Shown here: piece after piece, positions 39,471 through 44,731 of the stretch
Position numbering within the stretch: position 1 is the first letter of the stretch
Layout of the letters: each line of letters starts with the position of its first letter
Assembly (NCBI GenBank): GCA_036985935.1
Contig: BTQP01000001.1
Coordinates: 1 to 44,731 of the forward strand
DNA: 44,731 nt
From: Acidimicrobiia bacterium
GTDB taxonomy: Bacteria > Actinomycetota > Acidimicrobiia > Spongiisociales > UBA5794
Direction of reading: 5' to 3'
Notes under the pieces: model-generated
What the model was told of the DNA's origin: nothing
Database searches by the model: none
Seen by the model: only the letters and a program-made list of their open reading frames with translations
Translations under genes and position numbers: made by a program

Positions 39471-39513
39471 GCACCAGACCGAAGGCGGGTGGCGGTATCG
39501 AGATCAAGAACAC

Positions 39514-40251
39514 CTACTCCATGCCCGCTAACACATCGTCGGGGATATCGAAGTTCGCATAGACGGCCTGCACGTCGTCGAGGTCTTCGAGAGCGTCGAC
39601 AAGCCTCAGTACGTGTGGTGCGGTCGCCGCATCAACGGGTACCGACGTGGATGGCAGGTAGGTCACGTCGACGGAGTCGATCTGCACCCCGGCAGATTCC
39701 AGCTCCGCGCGCACGGCCTGCACATCCCCGGGCCCGGTCACGATCTCCCATTGGTCGCCATCTTCGGTGATGTCCTCTGCGCCACCCTCGAGTGCCGCCA
39801 TCATCACGGTGTCCTCTTCACCGGTTGCGAGGATGTATCCCTTCTGTTCGAACAGATACCCAACGGAACCCGGCTCACCGAGGTTGCCGCCGTTCTTGCT
39901 GAACGTGGAACGAACATCCGACGAAGCCCGGTTCCTGTTGTCTGTGAGAATCTGGACGTAGAGGGCAACACCTCCAGGTGCGTATCCCTCATAGAACGCC
40001 TCGATGTAGTCGACTCCGTCGACATCGCCCGCTCCCCTGGCCACGGCACGGTCGATGTTGTCCTTCGGCACCGAGTTGTCCTTGGCCTTCTGGATCGCCG
40101 TGGCAAGTGTCGGGTTAGCCGAGATGTCACTTCCGCCCGTACGCGCCGCTGACTCGATCGACTTGATCAGTTTCGCGAACAGCTTTCCGCGTTTTGCATC
40201 CTGGCGACCCTTGCGGTGCTTTATGTTCGCCCATTTGGAATGTCCTGACAT
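39514..40251 (-). CDS. YebC/PmpR family DNA-binding transcriptional regulator
   Basis: MSGHSKWANIKHRKGRQDAKRGKLF is the invariant YebC N-terminus. Confidence 0.9.
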   Translation of the reverse strand: MSGHSKWANIKHRKGRQDAKRGKLFAKLIKSIESAARTGGSDISANPTLATAIQKAKDNSVPKDNIDRAVARGAGDVDGVDYIEAFYEGYAPGGVALYVQILTDNRNRASSDVRSTFSKNGGNLGEPGSVGYLFEQKGYILATGEEDTVMMAALEGGAEDITEDGDQWEIVTGPGDVQAVRAELESAGVQIDSVDVTYLPSTSVPVDAATAPHVLRLVDALEDLDDVQAVYANFDIPDDVLAGME

Positions 40252-40260
40252 ACGGTCTCC

Positions 40261-40845
40261 TCAGGTCGAAGCCAGTTCGTCCACCAGCATGTGATGGAGG
40301 CGAGTATCTCCGGTCAGTTCCGGGTGGAATGAGCTCGCAAGGATACGTCCCTGGCGGACGAGTACGGGATGCGCGAATCCGTCAGGGTCCACGACCGTTG
40401 CGAGGACTTCGACGTTCGAGCCGACCTTCTCGATCCACGGCGCCCTGATGAACACAGCATGCATGGGATCCTCGAACCCCTCGACGTTGAGGTCCGCCTC
40501 GAAGGAGTCCACCTGCCTCCCGAACGCATTCCGTTCCACGACGGCGTCGAGCACACCGAGCTGCGGTTGATGCCCTGTTACGGTCGACTGGGCGAGAAAG
40601 ATCATGCCAGCACATGTCCCGAGCGTCGGCATCCCTCCCCTGCAACGTTCGCGTAGGGGGTCGATGAGTCCGTAGCGGTGCGCGAGTTTGCTGATCGTTG
40701 TGGATTCTCCTCCAGGGATGATGAGGGCGTCCACTGCCGCGAGTTCCCCGGGTGTTCGTACCTCGGTCGAATCGATCTCCATGGACTCGAGCATCGACAT
40801 GTGCTCGCGGAAGTCACCCTGGAGCGCAAGAACCCCGACAGTCAT
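40261..40845 (-). CDS. pdxT: Pyridoxal 5'-phosphate synthase glutaminase subunit PdxT
   Basis: [13 protein letters not shown], the catalytic Cys in GTCAGMI, and FHPE. The start forms an ATGA overlap with the pdxS stop. Confidence 0.9.
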   Translation of the reverse strand: MTVGVLALQGDFREHMSMLESMEIDSTEVRTPGELAAVDALIIPGGESTTISKLAHRYGLIDPLRERCRGGMPTLGTCAGMIFLAQSTVTGHQPQLGVLDAVVERNAFGRQVDSFEADLNVEGFEDPMHAVFIRAPWIEKVGSNVEVLATVVDPDGFAHPVLVRQGRILASSFHPELTGDTRLHHMLVDELAST

Positions 40846-41735
40846 GAGCCCCGGAGCTGCATCATCTCCGACTCTGGCAGCGTGTCGATATTGATACCGA
40901 CCATGGCCTCACCGAGATTTCGCGAGACCTTTGCGATCTTTTCAGCGTCGTTGAAGAACGTCGTTGCCTCGACGATCGCTTCTGCTCGCTCCGCCGGGTC
41001 GCCAGACTTGAAAATGCCAGATCCAACGAATACGCCATCGCAGCCAAGCTGCATCATGAGGGCGGCGTCGGCGGGCGTTGCTATGCCCCCCGCAGCGAAG
41101 TTCACGACGGGCAACACACCAGAGGCTGCAACTTCTTTGACCAGGTCGTATGGAGCCTTGAGATCGCGTGCGGCGTTCATCACCTCGTCGGGGGTCAACG
41201 TCGTCAGATTGCGAATCTGGGTGTTCATCATCCGCATGTGCCTGACGGCCTCTATGACGTTGCCCGTGCCTGGTTCGCCTTTGGTTCGGATCATCGCTGC
41301 GCCCTCACCGATGCGCCTCAGGGCTTCTCCAAGATCCTTCGCTCCACACACGAACGGCACCGTGTAGCTGTGTTTGTCGATGTGGAACTCGTCAACGGGA
41401 GAAAGCACTTCAGATTCATCGATGTAGTCGACGCCAAGTGACTGCAGAATCTGGGCCTCTACGAAATGACCGATCCGGGACTTCGCCATGACAGGTATCG
41501 AGACTGCATTGATGATCTCCTCGACGCGGGCCGGGTCGGCCATGCGCGCAACGCCACCGTGAGCACGAATATCGGCCGGAACGCGCTCGAGAGACATCAC
41601 CGCACAAGCTCCGGCAGCCTCAGCGATCTGAGCTTGCTCTGCGTTGACGACATCCATGATGACCCCACCCTTGAGCATCTCTGCAAGGCCACGTTTCACC
41701 TTGTCCGTTCCGGTCTGGGCGCTTAGATCTGTCAT
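40842..41735 (-). CDS. pdxS: Pyridoxal 5'-phosphate synthase lyase subunit PdxS
   Basis: [45 protein letters not shown] and [19 protein letters not shown] are canonical PdxS blocks. Confidence 0.95.
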   Translation of the reverse strand: MTDLSAQTGTDKVKRGLAEMLKGGVIMDVVNAEQAQIAEAAGACAVMSLERVPADIRAHGGVARMADPARVEEIINAVSIPVMAKSRIGHFVEAQILQSLGVDYIDESEVLSPVDEFHIDKHSYTVPFVCGAKDLGEALRRIGEGAAMIRTKGEPGTGNVIEAVRHMRMMNTQIRNLTTLTPDEVMNAARDLKAPYDLVKEVAASGVLPVVNFAAGGIATPADAALMMQLGCDGVFVGSGIFKSGDPAERAEAIVEATTFFNDAEKIAKVSRNLGEAMVGINIDTLPESEMMQLRGS

Positions 41736-41786
41736 GACGTGATTCCCTCGCTTGTGTTCCCTAGATTCTAGGCGAATGGCGTCGGC

Positions 41787-42830
41787 TCAAGACCGATGGA
41801 GCGTGAGCGCATCTTCGTATGCGACGACATACATGGCTGCCACGCGTGACCCCGAAAACTGCTTCACCCTTTCAAGTCCTGCCAGACCTTTGGCAGTACG
41901 GCGGTCGGTGTCCGTGAGCAGATCCGAGATCCGTAGCGCCAGACCGCTCGCGTCTCCAGGAGCTACGATCTCGCCCGCATCCCCGAGGACGTACAGGAAC
42001 GCCGGAATCCCCGAGGCGACGACAGCGGCCCCGGAGGCCATCCCTTCGGCGACAACGATCCCGAAGGATTCACCACCGAGGTTCGGCGCAACAAACACCT
42101 CTGCGACTGCAAGTTCATCGATCTTGACGTCTTCGTCAACGCGACCACGGAACTCCACGCCCCGAATCTCGGATCCACGCTCGGCACCAACCACCCGCAG
42201 AGTCGCTCCCGGGTGCACGTTAAGGATCTCGGGCCACGCCGCGAGCAGCACATCGAGTCCCTTTCGGGCATCATCCCTTCCAAGGAAGACAACCCGACCT
42301 TTGACCTTCTCGTCGTGGCGATACGATGAGAGATCTATGCCATTTGGTATCAGACGCGCATCCACGACCGACCTGATCGCAGAGTGAGATACCGGGCTGA
42401 CCGTGGTGACGACATCCAGTCGTGAAAGCGCCCTTTTCAGGACAGGAGATATCGCCGAGTAGCCACGTCTTGCCCAACGAGGAGGATCGGCGTGAAACGT
42501 GCCAACGGTTGGTTTCTCGGTGATGCGCGTCGCTGCGAGCGAAATGGTCGGCATCAGCGGTTCATGGATATGCACGACGTCTGAGCTTTCAACCGCAGCA
42601 TCGATCGAGGCTCGGACCCTTGGGTTGAGCGAAATCGGTGCTGACGAGGCATTCGCCTTTACTACAGTCGTAGGCCCGAGGAGGATCGCGTTTTCTGGCC
42701 CTTGTGTTCCCGGGCCGACAATCGTGACCTCATGACCAAGATCAGAGAGCCAGCGATCGAGCTTGATCACCTGATCCTGAACGCCGCCTGGTCGTCCGAG
42801 ATCGTACGGACACACGATCGCAACGTTCAC
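41787..42830 (-). CDS. pimA: GT4 glycosyltransferase, likely phosphatidylinositol alpha-mannosyltransferase PimA
   Basis: MNVAIVCPYDLGRPGGVQ aligns with M. tuberculosis PimA MRIGMVCPYSFDVPGGVQ. VHIHEP and GGESFGIVVAEGMASGAAVVAS (the EX7E region) are present. It sits in the pgsA-acyltransferase-pimA context. Confidence 0.75.
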   Translation of the reverse strand: MNVAIVCPYDLGRPGGVQDQVIKLDRWLSDLGHEVTIVGPGTQGPENAILLGPTTVVKANASSAPISLNPRVRASIDAAVESSDVVHIHEPLMPTISLAATRITEKPTVGTFHADPPRWARRGYSAISPVLKRALSRLDVVTTVSPVSHSAIRSVVDARLIPNGIDLSSYRHDEKVKGRVVFLGRDDARKGLDVLLAAWPEILNVHPGATLRVVGAERGSEIRGVEFRGRVDEDVKIDELAVAEVFVAPNLGGESFGIVVAEGMASGAAVVASGIPAFLYVLGDAGEIVAPGDASGLALRISDLLTDTDRRTAKGLAGLERVKQFSGSRVAAMYVVAYEDALTLHRS

Positions 42831-43726
42831 CTCGACGCTCCAAGACGCTCGTCAGAGGGCCAGTTGGGCTGGAACAGGTGCCATTGAGATGGTTCTACAC
42901 GAATCATGTCCTCGAGGATCACCGTGAGTGCTTGCGCCCCGGCAGAGACTCTCTCTGCCCGGCTGGTGCCTCCGGGCAGCTCGACTGCATCGCGCACCTC
43001 GATGCGGTATCCCTTGCCCTCCCTGAAGTACGCGGCGACGGGAATCAACGCAGAATCGGTGAGTTCAGCCAATGCGACAGGCCCGGCAGGTACCGTCGTT
43101 CGCTCACCGAAGAACTCGACGTCGATGCCATTTCCCGTCACATCGCGGTCCGACAACAACGCGATCGCCCCGCCGCCCTTGAGCCGCCGGATGAGTTTCG
43201 ATCGGCGCTGAGGATCGGTAGTGAGCACGATATCGATATCGAACTTCTCACGTACTCTGATGAACCAGTCGGTGATGTGCCGATTCGGTAGATCTTCTGC
43301 GACCGCGAGGATTGGCGAGCCGATCTCGTGTGCGATTACGCCTGCGATCTCCCAGTTGCCCATGTGTGGAACGGCAAACACAATCCCTCGGCCCGCGGCC
43401 TGTGCGGCGTAGATCGGGTCGAAATTCACTCGTTCAACGCCGTCCGAAATGGCGTCCTTTCTCCGTGGACGGAACCAGAACGTTTCAGCCCAGTACCTGG
43501 CGTATGAGCGAAACATGCCCCTGACGGCCTCGTCTACATCTGCGTCAGACGCCGTCGGTCCAAGTACGCGGCGCATGTGGGATTCGAGCAGTGGGACCTT
43601 GTCGCCGGACCGGTTGAACCAGATTCTTCCACCGACTTGGCCTATCCAGCGCACGGCAGGCTCAGGTAGCAGCCCAAAGAGCGCAGCTGCTACTCGAAAC
43701 GGTACGTACGCAATCCAGGACTTCAC
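42827..43726 (-). CDS. Lipid A biosynthesis (HtrB/LpxL-type) acyltransferase family protein, likely PIM acyltransferase
   Basis: It is similar to the remembered M. tuberculosis Rv2611c sequence, including the catalytic HMGNWE (mycobacterial HSGNWD) and FFGE..VP.GP. I chose GTG 43726 (GTGA overlap with the pgsA stop). The ORF-track extension to 43885 lies inside pgsA. The start is uncertain. Confidence 0.7.
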   Translation of the reverse strand: MKSWIAYVPFRVAAALFGLLPEPAVRWIGQVGGRIWFNRSGDKVPLLESHMRRVLGPTASDADVDEAVRGMFRSYARYWAETFWFRPRRKDAISDGVERVNFDPIYAAQAAGRGIVFAVPHMGNWEIAGVIAHEIGSPILAVAEDLPNRHITDWFIRVREKFDIDIVLTTDPQRRSKLIRRLKGGGAIALLSDRDVTGNGIDVEFFGERTTVPAGPVALAELTDSALIPVAAYFREGKGYRIEVRDAVELPGGTSRAERVSAGAQALTVILEDMIRVEPSQWHLFQPNWPSDERLGASR

Positions 43727-44310
43727 GCGTCGAGGAGCTGCCAGGTCTTCCGAATCCGCTGCAGGACCGTAAAGCCGGTAAGCACGACGAACACCCACAG
43801 GACCGGCTCCATGATCGGTGCACCCGCACCGACGATCATCGTGCCGATGAGGATGAGGATCATGCGCTCGGCCCGACCCATCCAACCACCCATGCCTTCG
43901 AGATTGAATAGCTCAGCCTTTGCCCGCACGTATGGCACGAGCAGCGAGAACGCAAGGGCCACGACACACAGAATCAACAGGCGCGGTTCACTACGGAGGT
44001 AGACAGCAAGTCCGACCCATACCGCGATCTCACCAAGACGGTCGGACATCGTGTCGAGGAACGCTCCCCTATCGGATGCCGTTCCCTGGCGCCGTGCGAG
44101 CGGTCCGTCGAGAGCATCGAGTGCCACGCCAGTTCCTGCGACCAACCCACCTGCGAGGAGATTTCCCGTCGCGATCAGTGCCGCGCCAGCGATCGTCACC
44201 AACAATCCGATGATGGTCACAACGGCTGGTGTAAAGCCGATCTTCGCCATAACAGCCGCTATCGGCTCCAGTATGGGTGCGACTCTTTTGCGTCCCTTGA
44301 GATCAAGCAC
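43723..44310 (-). CDS. pgsA: CDP-alcohol phosphatidyltransferase, likely phosphatidylinositol-phosphate synthase
   Basis: CDP-alcohol motif [30 protein letters not shown] (DG-x2-AR...G-x3-D-x3-D). I preferred GTG 44310 because GAAGGAG lies 5 nt upstream. The ORF-track GTG 44340 has its nearest GGAGGG 17 nt away. Confidence 0.8.
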   Translation of the reverse strand: MLDLKGRKRVAPILEPIAAVMAKIGFTPAVVTIIGLLVTIAGAALIATGNLLAGGLVAGTGVALDALDGPLARRQGTASDRGAFLDTMSDRLGEIAVWVGLAVYLRSEPRLLILCVVALAFSLLVPYVRAKAELFNLEGMGGWMGRAERMILILIGTMIVGAGAPIMEPVLWVFVVLTGFTVLQRIRKTWQLLDA

Positions 44311-44443
44311 ACATGCTCCTTCGCACTGCAAAGCTACCACAGACGGTGACAGTCCAACCCTCCGCTACCATTCGATCAATTCAGGAAGCCTCGGATACGC
44401 CGTCCGAACGGCTCCAGCCTCGAAGACGAAGGGTCAGATGCGC

Positions 44444-44731
44444 ATGAGTGAGAAAACGGTTCAGCTAAACCTCGGAAACGGGCCCGCAGAGCTCGACGTC
44501 TACGAATCGACGGTTGGTCAACCTGGTTTCGACATTCGCAAACTCCGCGCCTCAACAGGCTATGTCACATTCGATCCTGGTTTTGGCAACACGGCGGCGG
44601 CGCGATCATCGATAACCTACATCGATGGTGGAGCAGGAATATTGCTCTATCGCGGCTACCGGATCGAGGACCTCGCTCAGCAGTGCACCTTCCTGGAGAT
44701 CTCCTATCTTCTGCTGTACGGTTCGCTGCCG
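44444..44731 (+). CDS. gltA: Citrate synthase, 5' partial (runs off the window)
   Basis: My own translation from ATG 44444 gives [78 protein letters not shown]. This aligns with E. coli GltA ...[56 protein letters not shown]. It is absent from the ORF track because it has no stop in the window. Confidence 0.85.
   Translation, partial: MSEKTVQLNLGNGPAELDVYESTVGQPGFDIRKLRASTGYVTFDPGFGNTAAARSSITYIDGGAGILLYRGYRIEDLAQQCTFLEISYLLLYGSLP

Noticed and set aside
39471-39500. Imperfect hairpin (CACC-C-GCC-UUC-GGU-CU-GGUG) downstream of yebC, considered as a possible terminator.
   Set aside because: The stem is short and interrupted, and it is followed by CUUGAAAUG rather than a U-run. I could not support it as an intrinsic terminator by eye.
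1-44731. Search for CRISPR repeats, IS elements, integrases, tRNA/rRNA genes, toxin-antitoxin pairs, defence genes and compositional islands.
   Set aside because: None was seen. Every gap between called genes is 106 nt or shorter, all sizeable ORFs have housekeeping assignments, and no region looks compositionally foreign by eye. No quantitative GC or k-mer computation was possible.

Overview
This is a GC-rich 44.7-kb chromosomal segment. I call 45 protein-coding genes, 42 of them on the minus strand. They are tightly packed, and many adjacent genes have 1-4 nt start/stop overlaps. I saw no rRNA or tRNA genes, CRISPR arrays, transposases, integrases or phage genes. The content is core housekeeping. 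The gene order is the one I recall as typical of Actinomycetota such as Streptomyces and Mycobacterium: priA-coaBC-rpoZ-gmk-mIHF-pyrF-pyrD-carB-carA-pyrC-pyrB-pyrR-nusB-efp-aroB-aroK-aroC-(methyltransferase, + strand)-prepilin peptidase-aroE-mltG-ruvX-alaS-small ORF-rarA-aspS-hisS-MBL hydrolase-rel-secF-secD-yajC-tgt-queA-ruvB-ruvA-ruvC-yebC-pdxT-pdxS-pimA-acyltransferase-pgsA. A citrate synthase gene starts at the right edge. Several ORF-track entries carry false N-terminal extensions that run into the upstream gene. I trimmed these using start codons read from the sequence and alignment to remembered N-termini. I found no convincing evidence of a novel multi-gene system such as a defence, toxin or mobile element; this reads as an ordinary conserved core region. 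The observations most worth a second look are: (1) a canonical PyrR-binding RNA loop over the pyrR start, followed by a terminator-like hairpin inside the annotated pyrR N-terminus; (2) a perfect LexA/SOS box centred on the ruvC start codon, just downstream of a good -35/-10 pair; (3) a PriA whose Walker A and DExH positions are degenerate; (4) a lone + strand SAM-methyltransferase wedged into the aro cluster, overlapping a pilin-less prepilin peptidase stop-to-stop; (5) a DUF3754-like membrane protein of unknown function. All product names come from motifs read by eye and remembered homologues. No database search was run.
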